Below are positions 13,140 to 26,027 of a DNA stretch of 64,000 bases, piece after piece. The notes under the pieces are model-generated. The model did not search any database. It was given only the letters and a program-made list of their open reading frames with translations, and was not told where the DNA came from. Made by a program: the position numbers and the translations under genes. Every line of letters begins with the position of its first letter. Position 1 is the stretch's first letter. Source of the stretch: Octopus vulgaris (taxonomy: Eukaryota); NCBI GenBank assembly GCA_951406725.2, contig OX597818.1, positions 125,922,001 to 125,986,000 of the forward strand, written 5' to 3'.

Positions 13140-13455
13140 GGTTTGTCCGATAGCCGAAAGACCCTTTCTGTTTGTTATTTCCTTGTGTTTGTACATTCGT
13201 TTGCCTTGCCCAAGGGCTTCATGCCTTCAGCTTAAGCCTTTGGCTCAACTGGTTTCGAGTAGTACCAGAGAGGATTGGGGGAAACTACGTGGACATTTCG
13301 AGACTCCGACTGAAGAAGCAATTGGCTGCGAATGCTCCGTGTATCTAGTATTGTCCTGATTGCCGTTGTTGTGCTATCGTCCTTTTCCTACTTGGTACGT
13401 TTTGACGATTTCCGTTTGTTGTGTCTTTTACTTTTTATTTATCCATGCAGCGCTA
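13140..13455 (+). mobile_element. Unclassified (TA)n-adjacent element related to 55321-55531
   Basis: Shares GAAA..GACTGAAGA..CGAATG..CCGTTT(G)TTGTGTC order with the minus strand of 55321-55531. Confidence 0.45.
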
Positions 13456-13465
13456 CCTACAATTA

Positions 13466-13514
<49 letters not shown>

Positions 13515-13650
13515 TTATGAGATGTATTGATGTTATGGAGACCCAAAGGTGTCAGGTAATGCTGAGTAAGTGCTATGGACAGGCTATAGTTAAGCTTCAG
13601 GTTTGGTGATTCTGCGAATGAGGAGTCCAACATAGATCGTGTATTAGCAT

Positions 13651-13727
<77 letters not shown>

Positions 13728-13756
13728 AATATATATATGTATATATATGTATATAT

Positions 13757-16728
13757 GATTGATTGATTGATTGATTGATTCCAGTTCCAGCCTGTGAGCT
13801 GTGGCCATGCTGGGGCACCGCCATTTGGTGTTGCTACTTGGTTTTACTTCATGGGGGCTTTCTAGCAACTGCTATTTGGTGCATGAGAGAGTTCGATGCA
13901 GCTGCCCTCATCTGCCCCTCCTGCCGTGAAGTTGGTTCATCTGGGACACCAGACAGGAAGAGATCCAGCTTCATTTTAAAGACTTCTGTATCCACCCCAT
14001 GCAGGTCTCTCAGGTTCTTCGGGAGGATATTGAAGAGCTGTGGGCCTCGGAAGCCCAGGCTATCACAGAATCTTGTCCTACATCTTGATGGCAGGTTTGG
14101 AGTCCTAGGCACCACGCAGTGGCGCCCAGTTCTGGCATTTGTGTAACTCTCGATGCCAAAGTTCAGGACACTTCCCTCCAGGATCTTCCAGATGTATATT
14201 ATGGCATATCTTTCCCGCCTACGCTCCAGGGAGTATAATTTTAATCTCTTGAGTCTTTCCCAGTAGCTTACATTCTGCATAGAGGCTATCTTCTTTGTGT
14301 AGCTTCGTTGGATCGCCTCAAGTTCTGTGATCAACTTGACACTGGATGGTGACCATAGCTGAGAGCAATAGTCAAAGTGGCTTAGGACAAGTGTCTTCCA
14401 GAGGACCATCATGGTTTCTTGTTCTCTTGTTCTAAAGGTTCTAAGAATCCAGCCAGCCAGCCGTCTACATTTCACTGTCAGTTTAGCAACATGTACATGA
14501 AAGGTCGCGTCATCACTCATGTGAATACCCAGGTCACGCACTGATTGTGCCTCTGGGATTGCAATCCCTCCGGGTCCAGTGTATTCATTGGGTATTGCAT
14601 TCAGTTTTGCATGCTGATAGTATAAAGCTTGAAACTTTCCAGCATTGAACTGCATGCTATTCTTTTCAGCCCACTTGTATATTTCGTCCAGCTCACATTG
14701 CAGGTTTTTAGTGTCCTCAGGGTTCTGTATTGCCTGTGAAACTTTTGTATCATCTGCATAACTTGTGATCGTGGATCTCTGCGTGGCTGAGGGCATGTCT
14801 GAGAGGGCCATTATGAACAGTAGTGGTCCCAAAACAGTGCCCTGTGGAACACCACTCATTATTTGCGTGTTAATGGAAGTGGCCCCATTGGCTACTACCA
14901 CCTGACTTCTATTCTTCAGAAAGTCGTGAAGCCATTCTCCTAGTTTTCCAACTATGCCAAGATCACGCAACCTGTGACATATCATTCCGTGATCGACTTT
15001 ATCGAAGGCCTTTGCGAAGTCGAGATATATGACTTCCACATTTGAGTGGTTGAGCAGTTGTTTCAGCACCCAGTCATAGTGCTGCAGGAGCTGAGTTAAG
15101 CAGCTTCTTCCTGGTCGGAAACCATGTTGGGTGTCAGGCAGCAAGTCATTTTCTTCAAGGAAGGTGATTAGTTTCCTTCTGACTATTCGTTCCATGACCT
15201 TGCTGATGTGTGAGGTCAGAGAGATAGGTCTGTAGTTCTTTGCCTCCGCTCTGCTACCTCCTTTATGAATAGGGCATATTTTACCTTCCTTCAGTCCCCT
15301 TGGAAGTTTGCCAGCTGCAAGGAAGCTCTGAAAGAGGGACTGCAGTGGTCTTGCTAAGACTCTCTTACATACTTTTAGGAGGATTGCCGGGAATCCATCG
15401 GGGCCAGTAGCTGAGTCTATTTTCATTTCATCTATAGCCTTTATTACATCGTCTTCCTTTATCTCGATGTAACTTATCGTCGCCGCCTCTGATTCTATAT
15501 CTGCAGTGGTAAAGAAGTCAGTTGGATTGCTGATTTGGAAATGCCCAAGGGGTGGAGTGAAAACACTCTTGAATTGTTCATTCAGTATTTCACTTACCCT
15601 CATTGGTTTTCCTGTGAGTGTGCCATCCTTTTCAAGGAGTGGCCCTATCCTACAGTGCACTGTAGCCGTTTCTTTGGCATACCTGTAGAAAGCTCTGGGG
15701 TTAGTTTTTATGTTGTCTATAGCCCAGGCTTCTTTGTCTGCTCTTTCCTTCTCATGGGAAAGTTGCAGACAATTTTCAATTTCCAACAGTTTTATTTTCA
15801 GGCGGGACTTTTCACTACTTTCAATTTGTTTGTTTAGGCGATTTGAAATTTTTGTACGCCGTCTCATTAAAATTTTCCTCTCTCTGGGGATTTTGTTCTT
15901 GTGTACAGTGGCCTTTCTCTCTGGGACACATTTGTAGCATATGGCTTGCATTACAGACATGAATTGTTGAAGTATCATGTCGATGTCCGGCGAGGAGAGA
16001 CATTCAGGCCAGTTTTGTTTGAGGATCTCTTTCTCAATTTGTTTCCAGTTTGCCTTATTGAAGTTCAAGCTGGAAAGATTCTGAGGGTTTCTTGTAGGCT
16101 GCATGTCCGTGCTCTCTTTTGGCCCGTACATGGTCAGCTCTACCATGTTGTGATCCGAGAGTAGTGTCGGTGTCACTTTCACATTATGGATGAGATCCAT
16201 ATTATTTGTGAAGCAGAGATCCAGTGTGTTACCTGCTCTGGTTGGTTGCAGTATTACTTGCTCCATGTACAGGGTGTTGGTGAGGTTCAGGAGGGACCTC
16301 GCCTGTCCACGTTCACATCTTGTCATTCCTGGGAGAGAAAGGCCCTCGGGCCATCTGACATTCGGTAGATTGAAGTCTCCCATGAGAAGTACACTTATGT
16401 GTTGTTCTAATGTGGTTAGAACTTCTTCTATTTTTAAAAGGCAGTCCTCGAACTTGCCCATATGACTTGGGGCATCTGGAGGGCGATATGTAGCACACAC
16501 AACTACATAAAGTTGCCTTATGTGTACAATTAGTGTGTCACACACCGAGTTTGAGTATGACAAAAGGACCTGGGGTGTGAGGTCCCCACGGATGTACATA
16601 GCAACTCCTCCATGACTCCTTTCTTTCCTGTCGGTCCGTAGTACAACATACTGTGGTATGTGTAATTCCGCATCTGCTATGTCCGGTTTCAGATGCGTTT
16701 CTGTGAGTGCTATGCATAAGGCTTGATT
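13757..16728 (-). mobile_element. CR1-group LINE, 5'-truncated, young, embedded in (TA)n
   Basis: Intact ORF2 frame, short 3' UTR, (ATCA)n tail at 13757-13780, TA tracts on both sides. Confidence 0.95.
13849..16728 (-). CDS. LINE ORF2: APE endonuclease plus reverse transcriptase (no native start; frame stays open upstream of the ATG at 16599)
   Basis: EN motifs [31 protein letters not shown] motifs [41 protein letters not shown]-terminal LYSLERRR. Confidence 0.95.
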   Translation of the reverse strand, partial: NQALCIALTETHLKPDIADAELHIPQYVVLRTDRKERSHGGVAMYIRGDLTPQVLLSYSNSVCDTLIVHIRQLYVVVCATYRPPDAPSHMGKFEDCLLKIEEVLTTLEQHISVLLMGDFNLPNVRWPEGLSLPGMTRCERGQARSLLNLTNTLYMEQVILQPTRAGNTLDLCFTNNMDLIHNVKVTPTLLSDHNMVELTMYGPKESTDMQPTRNPQNLSSLNFNKANWKQIEKEILKQNWPECLSSPDIDMILQQFMSVMQAICYKCVPERKATVHKNKIPRERKILMRRRTKISNRLNKQIESSEKSRLKIKLLEIENCLQLSHEKERADKEAWAIDNIKTNPRAFYRYAKETATVHCRIGPLLEKDGTLTGKPMRVSEILNEQFKSVFTPPLGHFQISNPTDFFTTADIESEAATISYIEIKEDDVIKAIDEMKIDSATGPDGFPAILLKVCKRVLARPLQSLFQSFLAAGKLPRGLKEGKICPIHKGGSRAEAKNYRPISLTSHISKVMERIVRRKLITFLEENDLLPDTQHGFRPGRSCLTQLLQHYDWVLKQLLNHSNVEVIYLDFAKAFDKVDHGMICHRLRDLGIVGKLGEWLHDFLKNRSQVVVANGATSINTQIMSGVPQGTVLGPLLFIMALSDMPSATQRSTITSYADDTKVSQAIQNPEDTKNLQCELDEIYKWAEKNSMQFNAGKFQALYYQHAKLNAIPNEYTGPGGIAIPEAQSVRDLGIHMSDDATFHVHVAKLTVKCRRLAGWILRTFRTREQETMMVLWKTLVLSHFDYCSQLWSPSSVKLITELEAIQRSYTKKIASMQNVSYWERLKRLKLYSLERRRERYAIIYIWKILEGSVLNFGIESYTNARTGRHCVVPRTPNLPSRCRTRFCDSLGFRGPQLFNILPKNLRDLHGVDTEVFKMKLDLFLSGVPDEPTSRQEGQMRAAASNSLMHQIAVARKPP

Positions 16729-16749
16729 GCATGTATATATGTATATATG

Positions 16750-16781
<32 letters not shown>

Positions 16782-16809
16782 AATATATATATGTATATAT
16801 ATGTATATA

Positions 16810-16887
<78 letters not shown>

Positions 16888-16899
16888 AATTAAAAGAAT

Positions 16900-17340
16900 G
16901 AGACAAAAAATCCGAGGCTGTGAATAGTTTTCAGAACATTTATAAAGAGAAAGTCTTACAGATGTTTCCGGGATATTTTATATATCCCTTCATCAAAGGC
17001 GGTGCGAGAAAATGTTTAAGTAATAGTTATTATAGAGAAGATATGAAATACAGAGTGAAGTGGAGGAATGAAAACAGACGTGAGATACGTAAGGATATTG
17101 TATTAGCAGTTTTATTATTTAAGCAGAATGGTGAATATATAATTTTCCTGTACCTTGTGTGTAAGTTCCAAACTTATACATACACCATTCTGCTTAAATA
17201 ATGGAACCTCAAATACAATATCCTTATGTGCCTCACATCTATTTTTTTTCCTCCACTTCACTCTGTATTTCATGTCTTCTCTATAATAACTATTAAACAT
17301 TTTCTCGCACCGTCTCTGAAGAAGGGATATATAAAAAATA
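16900..17340. mobile_element. Fold-back element (~370 bp palindrome) with divergent HHRs
   Basis: 16973-17135 is the reverse complement of ~17178-17338; complete HHR on the left arm, truncated HHR (GTCT-CTGAAGA-AGGGATAT) at 17312-17335. Confidence 0.9.
16953..17000 (-). ncRNA. Minimal type I hammerhead (C3-to-U decayed copy)
   Basis: GCCT-TTGATGA-A-GGGATAT-ATAAA-ATATCCC-G-GAAAC-ATCT-GTA-AGAC. Confidence 0.75.
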
Positions 17341-18153
17341 TATATACGCAACCCTTTGCTGGCGTGTGTACATATAATAGAGAAAAGTAAGAGACTAATA
17401 AAGATTGCTTGCTTGAAAAGGGTTAATTGAAAAACGGACAGAAGCGTAAAGAAGCAGACATGAAGAAAAGCGAAGAAAGAACGAGAGAGTTGAAGTAGAA
17501 TATGAAGTGGAAAGTAACGAAAATTTAACAATTTACGTTAAGAGGAGGATTGGGAAGAATGAAAGAAATGAAAAAGAATGCAAAACATGTTCAATTAGTA
17601 GTTTCCAGATGATTATTTGTACTGTGTTACTTTGACTTCTACAAGTATATTTATTATTTTTATTGTGATTGTTATTGATGGTTTTTTGCTTTTATTTTAT
17701 TTTATTTTGTATATATATATATAATTTTGGTACTGATCTTCCACTTAAAACCATCAAGTGGTGGGTGTAGACCCCCTGGTTAATGAACAACGAAAAGGTA
17801 AATCCCTACATCAGATTAGACTGGCCCCCTGCTGAGAGACTCTTTTGGAATTCTGTACATATGAGTATATGTATATGAATATATATATGTGTGTGTCTGT
17901 ATGCATACACACAAATATGCATATATATATATACATACATACATACATACATATATACAAACATACATACATACATACATACATACATACAGACAGACAT
18001 ACATACATACATACATACATCCACGCATGCGCCTACGCACGCACACACACACATACTATATATATATATATTCACGTACACAGAGTGAAAGGGTAACAAG
18101 AACTTGATAGATATATATATGTGTGTGTGTGTGTGTTTGTATTTATATATAGG

Positions 18154-18215
<62 letters not shown>

Positions 18216-18883
18216 AAGAAAGAGAGATACACACATATATGCATATACGCTTACGTGCATGCATTTATACATACATAGAAATATGTACATGTGAACTTTG
18301 TGATTCCGCACATTTTTGTCTACCTAATTCACTCGCAATACACAATTATATTTTTATTCTTTTATCCTCTCATGCTTTACTATTCGGTCGTCGACGACTT
18401 TACCTTTTATTTTTTCAGATTCGATAAAATAAGAAACATTTTAGCACTGAGGTCGATGTAATCGATTTACCAGTCACCTAAAACTGCTGGCCTTGTGCCA
18501 AACTTTGAAATCATTCTTTCATCCGTCATCATCTCCAGAATAATGCCGTGATGCTGGAGTAAAGCCGATGCAATTGGTAATTATTTTAGGACAACTGTTT
18601 TTGTAGTTAATTTGTTGAATAAACGTCTTTGATGCTGCTTTCCTCAGTTAACGTTTTCACCGCCACAGTGAAACATCTGCATCGCATATCGTAGGGTATC
18701 CAGTCTTTTTTTGAATACATATATATATATATGTGTGTGTGTAAAATTAATAGAGGTCGCAAATGTGACAGAGGGTACTGACTTAGCAACTCTTTTGCTA
18801 AAAATGAGAGTTAAAACAACTCCAACGCCACAAAGCACTGAACTTAATGACTGACAAAGTGACGTTAATTCCCTACGTACATG

Positions 18884-18937
18884 GTCGGATCGTGATTTCG
18901 GATTTTGATGCAAACTATCTAAATCCTCATCAGCGAC
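18884..18937 (-). ncRNA. Minimal type I hammerhead, intact core
   Basis: GTCG-CTGATGA-GGATTT..AAATCC-GAAAT-CACG-ATC-CGAC. Confidence 0.85.
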
Positions 18938-19353
18938 TCTTTATACCTAAGATTAAACTCAACTACCGCTGTCAGTCTTATAAAGAAAACCGTTGAAAAC
19001 GTGTGCTGACTTTCAGAACGGTAAACGTGTAAACAACAAATTAAAAATGGTGGCTTATTAGCAATTAGAACCTAAAAGCAATATTAATAGAGGTCACACA
19101 AATGATGGAAGGTACTGACTAGCAAATCTTTTGCTAAAAATAAGAGTTAAAACACCTCCAAACCACAAAAGCAGTGAACTCAGAGGTGCTAGTCTGTGCC
19201 CACTGTTACTTTCCTGGCCTCTGTTAATATTGCTTTTAGGTTCTAATTGCTAATAAGCCAACTTTTTAATTTTTTGTTTACACTTTTACCGTTTTGAAAA
19301 TCAGCATATGTTTTCAACGGTAGAGATAGTTGTGTTTTACCGTAGGCGTTAAA

Positions 19354-19402
19354 AGTCACTGATGAGGATTAAGATGGTAAAATCCGAAGACGCGATCCGA
19401 CT
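19354..19402 (+). ncRNA. Minimal type I hammerhead, decayed
   Basis: AGTCA-CTGATGA-GGATT..AATCC-GAAG-ACGCG-ATC-CGACT. Confidence 0.7.
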
Positions 19403-19588
19403 ACGTACGCTAGGGGTGTTACTTACCTTTGACAGTCATTAAGTTCATTACTTTTGTGGATCTGCAGTTGCTTTAACACTTATTTTTAGCAAAACGAGGT
19501 GGTGGTCGGTACCCACTGTCACTTTTGTTACAACTACTAATTTTCCCTGTAGATTCTAATTGCTAATAATCCACCCATTTCATATATA

Positions 19589-19655
<67 letters not shown>

Positions 19656-20087
19656 GTGGGTGTAAGTTTATATACGTATATGCATACACATACGAACACA
19701 GCTACACATAAAACATATATGATGACTAACAACCTAAAGGACAATAGAGTTTTTCTCTCTCCTTGATCCGCTACATTTGTATGTTTTGTTTTTTTGTTGT
19801 ATTAACACGGCGGACAATTTATCTTGATGTTAACCAGATATCGTAGCTCCTCCACAGGGAGTGATACTTATTAATATAATAAATAATATCTTGAGAATTT
19901 ATTGTTCTGTTTTCTTTTGCTTCTTGCCTGCTACAAGAGGACTTTCGTCATGATAAATCTTCTGTGAACTACAGGTGGCGTTTACTCGAAGGCGTTTTCC
20001 AAAGTTGAACTCAAAACAATTTCAACTATGTAAGTATGAGTATGTATATGTGCTTATACATCTACATGTGAGTCTATATATATGTAC

Positions 20088-20118
<31 letters not shown>

Positions 20119-20258
20119 GATTACCTACATATGCATACGCAGCACAATAACGTTCTTTCATTCACAAGCACACGGACATCTCTATTCATCCATTCGTACA
20201 TACATATGTTACATATATTAGAAATGTGTGCGTATTTATGTGTATGTATGTATGTATG

Positions 20259-20350
<92 letters not shown>

Positions 20351-21269
20351 TGTATATATATATATATATATGCACATGTATATATATATATATACACATA
20401 TAGATATATATATATATTGGATAACTGATCTCCCATAGTGGGTTACCCTCATAACCCCTATCTTACTTTGTACTATACATATATATATATATGACATAAA
20501 ATAGATGCAAACTTATCCTCCCGAACTGTGTCAGTAATCTAATTTCAAACCTCATACTTTCTTTAGTTTCGACAACATTCATTTAACTCGCTTAAATCCT
20601 GTCGAAATTCCCACATTGTATGACTCATAATTTGTGGTATTTCTCTGTCACCTTCCTTTGAAACCTTAATAAGCTCTACATCTCATTATAACCGCTTTTC
20701 AGGGCCCGGAATTACTCAACGTCTGATCAACTAGTTTTCTTGAGTAACAAACATAGTAGCATTGAAAAAACGACTGTTTAACCGTTTAGTGATATCTTAG
20801 ACTCTAGTTTAACCTTTAGTCCATAGACGCATTGTTTTATCACTATAGAGATTTTTGCCCTTCGAAACTATTTCATTGTATTTTTACCAAAGCCCACCTG
20901 ACACGTCTCCCTTGTTTACAAATGCTGAGTGTCACACCTCTAAGCCCCAGTCATCACCTGACCACTATGCTCAATACTTGTTTCGTAATGTCGTTCTCCT
21001 ACAATTTTATTCCTATTCTCATTATTCTTGCAGATGTTAGGAAGATTTGATCCTCCGGGAAAGAAAGATTCTAGGAACTCGCTCTCAAACCCCTGACTAA
21101 ACGACACAAGTACGTTTGCATGTGGCTCTCTGAGAGGGTTAATTCACTTACGAGGCTAAATGTTGCTGGGAAAATATGGGTACTGTCTCCTAGAAAATGA
21201 AGTAAATTGAGCATCCAGTCTTCAGATGCACACTTCTGATAACATATAATTTAATGTTATCACAAAGCT

Positions 21270-21870
21270 GTTTACGTTCTCATCTCAAATCCAGTTGAGG
21301 TCAAATTTGCTTTTCATCATTCATGGCTCGATAAAATAAAAATATATCACTCAAGTACATGAGTAAATATAGTCAACTTATTTCCCATCTCATAATTCTG
21401 TACAATGTGTCTATATTAAAAACAATTGTTATTATTAGTCCCACTTAAGAGCGGCGAGTTAGCACGCCAGGCAAAATGTTCAGGGGTATTTCGTCTGTCT
21501 TTACGTTCTGAATTTAAATGCCACCTAAGTAGATTTTTGCCTTTCGTCCTTTCGGAGTTGATAAAATAAGTACTATTCGAGTACTGGAGTCGATGTAATC
21601 GACTTATCTTCTCCCCCGAAATTCCTGACCTTGTGCCAAAATTTGAGACCGTTACTAGTCATACTTTAGTCATAAAATATGTCAAAATTACATTCCACTC
21701 TTGCCATAAAATATATCAGTCAAAATATCGTTTGGTATTTATTCTGCAGCCTTATCTTCTGAATTCATATTCCAAGAGGCCAAGTATAACTTTCGTCTCT
21801 TTGAGGTCGTTATAATAAAATATCAGTCAAGTACTCAGATTGATTTACACTATTCAGTGCCTCCCTTAAA
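21270..21870 (+). mobile_element. Cluster of decayed SINE family B copies
   Basis: Repeated variants of GCCTTTCGTCCTTTCGGAGTTGATAAAATAAGTAC. Confidence 0.7.
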
Positions 21871-22606
21871 ATTTGTTTCCATATATAAAAAAAATCGAAA
21901 TTCTTATACCCTATTTTTCATCTGATAATTTCTTAAATAAGGTAAAGTCCACCGTGTGACAAAATGAATGAGAATTTAGATAGATGAAGATAGAAGCAAG
22001 TCGGTGCTGAATTTTAAAATATCATCACTAATGGTGGTCCTTAAATTGCAAAGTTGGCTTCCAGTAGAGAGATGTTGCTTTAAGGAGCTAAACCATGTGG
22101 GTTATATTTCCTCTCTTAAAGAGATAAACACATTGTGGGTGGCGACTAAGTGGGAAGTATGTTGATGCTTGCTAACAGGTTTTTTGTTTGTTTTGAATTT
22201 AATATAAAGATAGGAGTGTTGGTGTTACTAACATCATTGAATAAAAACGATAGTTGAAGTGGTATTTACGGTAGAAGTACTGATTTAAAATAAAATGCCT
22301 TGCGGTATCTAATTATATTACCTCTACATTATGAGTTCAAATTCCGTTGAGGTCGACTTTTGGTTTCGTCTTACAGAGATTCAATAAATAAAATATACTA
22401 GATAAGTACCGGAGGCGATTTAATCTGTGCCCCAACCACTCTGCGAAATGTGTTAGAAATTTATATCATTGGATATGGAAAAGAAGTGGAGTGCTAGGAG
22501 TGGTTGAGCACAGATGAACCATTTTACAATATTCTAGTTATGTCTCCCTACATTCTAAGTTCAAATTTCTCTAGGGACCACTTTAGAGTATTTTTCATTT
22601 ATCAGG

Positions 22607-24400
22607 GAGGGGTACGGTTATATATTAAGTTGCCGCACATGAAATGGGTACTTAGAAACAAATAAATGAAAAATATTTATAGTCATTATTTATTCATCAA
22701 AATAGGTTTCATTAGATTCAACAACTTTTATCCATCGGCTTCAGAGACTACCGTAAATCCTCGAGTATAATCCGCATTTTCCCCCAAAATTTAAAGGTCA
22801 AAATCCCTAGAGTGTACTATATACGAGGTTAAAAATGAAAATGATTTTCTAAACAATGTCCGAGTCTCTATTTGCTGTCCGGTAATGTTTATTTAGATGC
22901 ATTTTGTGATGTCGGGCGTAAAATACCTTAAGCGAAGCCTGAAAGCAATGAAGTCAAAAAATAATCATCCATAACATGCTGTAAGCAACATTTATTAAAC
23001 GTTATTACTGTTATTTCTTTATTTTCTGCAAACAAAATGCACAAAAAAGCTACACATTTGCATTATGTTATATTATACAATAATAATAAAGGACGTTACC
23101 GTATACATTTTTTACAAACCAAGGACGTTATATAGACCTCCTTGGTTCAAGTTAAAGAGTGGGGTTCGTATTATACACAAGATTTAGGTTTTTCAGAGGT
23201 ACATCCCCCTAAAAATCCATTGCGTTTTATACTCAAGGGCGGACTATACTCGAGGACTATACTATATATTCCTTCTTTAAAAAATCTTATTATTCTTTGA
23301 AGTTTAAACTGTTCATATGTTGTCATTAATACTTTCTTTGCATACTTTTTGTCACAGATGAAAACTCAAAATGGTGGAAGAAATGATAATCTGATGATAC
23401 AAGTCTGGAGAATATGGAGGATGAACCAATATTTCATAATTAACCTGCTGCAACTTTGCTGTGGTCTGATCGGCAATGAGGGATCTTGCATTATCATGCA
23501 AGAGTATAAGCCCGAGTCTGTTTATCAGTGCCGGATTTTTCTTGGTTAATTTGAAATTTATTTGCTCAATTTGCTGGCAGTTGTGTTGGGGTGCTACTGT
23601 TTTTCTCTATACCGCAGAAAGAAAAAAATTAATGATTTCTTGATAGCAACACCAAACAGTATCAACCTTAAATTTTTGTGTTGCGTAAAGAGGGTTTTGA
23701 AACATGTTCAGACGACTCTTCTGTATCTAGCCGCTGGAGAGGTGTTATACTGTTGTCATAAAAGACCCATTTTTTGTTACAGATGATTAATCTTTTCAAA
23801 AATGTTTCTTTTTCGTTTCTCGCAGAAAGAAAAGAACACTCTCTCAGACGACGCATCTTGTTTGCAACGCTTAATTCAAGTGGAAGAGATTTAGCCATCT
23901 TTTTCACTTTAATAACCGGTGCAATATGATGTCCTACAGATTCTTAGGGACCTTTAATTTATTGACAAGAGCTAGAACAGTTGATCTAAGATTAATCTCC
24001 GCAGCACATTTCAATGTTTTCTCATTACCCAATGATAGAGGGCGTCCATGGGGTGCATTATTCAGACACATGTTTCCAGATCAGAATTTTTTGAACCACC
24101 TTCCTGTTGTTGCAATGCACGTTCTTATCCCAAATGATGCGATGTTGATATTTTCGACAACTTCTGAAGCGGACAGCTTCTTTTATGGACAACATCTGCA
24201 AAAGCAAAGGAAAAACATTAAATGCTTCATAAAATAAGCAATCTGATAATGTATGTCAGCAATTAATGTAGAAAAATGTGTAGTAAGAGTTGATGCTTTA
24301 GACATTCACGAAGACAACTTTTAGAAGGTGTCCATTTTATGTAGAAAAAAAAACCTAATGCTTGTGTCGTAAATGCTCCTGCCGTACGAATATTTTGTAC
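22607..24400 (-). mobile_element. Decayed mariner transposon interrupted by a MITE
   Basis: Minus-strand peptides GRP and KRLIICNKKWVFYDN (IVTGDEKW-like); C-terminal RWIKVVESNETYFDE* at ~22690-22745. Confidence 0.8.
22751..23264. mobile_element. Non-autonomous Tc1/mariner-superfamily (pogo/Tc2-like) MITE
   Basis: TIRs CCGTAAATCCTCGAGTATAATCCGC / GCGGACTATACTCGAGGACTATAC; subterminal TATACTCGAG-like repeats; TA flank. Confidence 0.8.
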
Positions 24401-24996
24401 AATCTGCTAATTAGGAACGAATCATCAATAGAACTTATAGAAAATTATATAAAAATAGATACAGGATGGACATACATATAGATATACATATATACACGCA
24501 CACACATACGCTCGCACACGCTTTAGTACGCTCGCACGCATAAACACATGCACATGTACATATAGACATACAGATACATACGAGGCGATAAACGAACACG
24601 CACACACACACATTCACACAAACACACCTAAGGACATAAACTCGCATACACAAATATACACACAGACACGTACAGACTTTATATTTCAGTCTACACCACA
24701 ATATCCTCCATATTTCGTCCCTTGCAGTCGTAAAAAAAAATGTCCATGATTAAGAAACCTCTTCGGCTAAGTGCTTTCAATACCTTCAAAACAAACATTA
24801 CAACAGTCCTAAATGTTTCTCTATATATATTACCGATCTCATAACTATCGGTTCGGTCAATATACTCATATATGCCCCCCACTCCTATCCCAGTTTCCAC
24901 GGTGAATATTCAGTGGTTCAATCGACCGAACTTCTTTTTCTCAAGTTAACGAACCAACCTGATTTCTTATCACCCATATGCGACGGTATACAATAA

Positions 24997-25382
24997 GGCG
25001 GCGAGCTGGCAGAAACGTTAGCACGCCGGGCGAAATGCTCAGTGGTAATTCGTCTGCCGCTACGTTCTGAGTTCAAATTCCGCCGAGGTCCACTTTACCT
25101 TTCATCCTTTCGGGGTCGATTAAATAACTACCAGTTACGCACTGGGATCGATGTAATCGACTTAATCCGTTTATCTGTCCTTGTTTGTCCTCTCTGTGTT
25201 TAGCCCCTTGTGGGCAATAAAGAAATAGGTATTTCGTCTGGCGCTACGTTCTAAGTTCATCCTTTCGGGGTCAATTAAATAAGTACCAGTTACGTACTGG
25301 GGTCAATATAATCGATTTAATCCGTTTGTCTGTCCTTGTTTGCCCTCTTTGTGTTTAGCCCCTTGTGGGTAGTAAAGAAATA
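24997..25382 (+). mobile_element. SINE family B (Nin-domain-like core), 3' half duplicated, 11 bp TSD
   Basis: GGCGGCGAGCTGGCAGAAACGTTAG..GAGTTCAAATTCC..TTCATCCTTTCGGGGTCGA; GGTATACAATA at 24985-24995 and 25383-25393. Confidence 0.9.
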
Positions 25383-25448
25383 GGTATACAATAGACTGAC
25401 ATAACTGTGACTCTATAGGACAAAACTGGACTTTCTGAATTTCATATG

Positions 25449-25848
25449 TTTTATCTTTAATCTCTTACTTGTTTCAGTCATTAGACTGCGGCCATGCTGG
25501 GGCACCACCCTGAAGAAATTTTAGTCGAATGAATCGACCCCCTCACCAGGACTTACTTTTCAAAGTCTGGTAATTATTCTATCGTTGTCTTTTGCTGAAC
25601 CGCTAAGTTACGGGGGTCTTAAACAAACCTACACCAGTTGTGATGCGATGGTAGCGGAGACAAATACACACATACAAGCGCGCGCGTATATAATGCGACG
25701 GGCATTTTTCAGTTTCCGTATACCAAATCTACTCACAAGGCTTTGATGGACCCGAGGCTACAGTAGAAGACACTTGCCCAAGGTGCGATGCGGTGGTACT
25801 GAACCTGAAAACAGGGAGTTAGAAAGCAAACTTCTTACCACACAGCCT
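25449..25848 (-). mobile_element. SINE family A, full length, diverged
   Basis: Collinear with 38162-38576 and 59756-60143. Confidence 0.85.
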
Positions 25849-26027
25849 ATAAGATATTATCAAGTGGAGAATCTGGGTAAACGAGAGAGATCAAATGATC
25901 CTCTTAATCGACTATATTTAGCAACACCGAAGGCAAACTTGATCTGGGTGGGATTTGACTTCCAGTTCGACGTCTCATTCTCTTTGGTATAAGCAGTTTT
26001 AACATAGATATTATTTAACTCCAAGTG

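Larger units (their letters stand above)
18745..19580. mobile_element. Retrozyme-like element: ~1.3 monomers (-) joined head-to-head with ~1.1 monomers (+)
   Basis: ATTAATAGAGGTC repeats at 18746 and 19083 (period 337); TTCTAATTGCTAATAA repeats at 19241 and 19554 (period 313); the arms are reverse complements; one HHR per arm; microsatellite flanks. Confidence 0.9.

Noticed and set aside
15506-16498. Short ORFs overlapping the LINE
   Set aside because: Antisense or alternate-frame shadows of ORF2
18745-19580. CRISPR-like or DNA-transposon TIR interpretation of the repeats
   Set aside because: No short repeat-spacer periodicity or cas genes; arms have unequal permuted ends and contain HHRs
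20430-21200. Possible decayed L2/Crack LINE 3' region
   Set aside because: Only faint peptide resemblance; no diagnostic motif found
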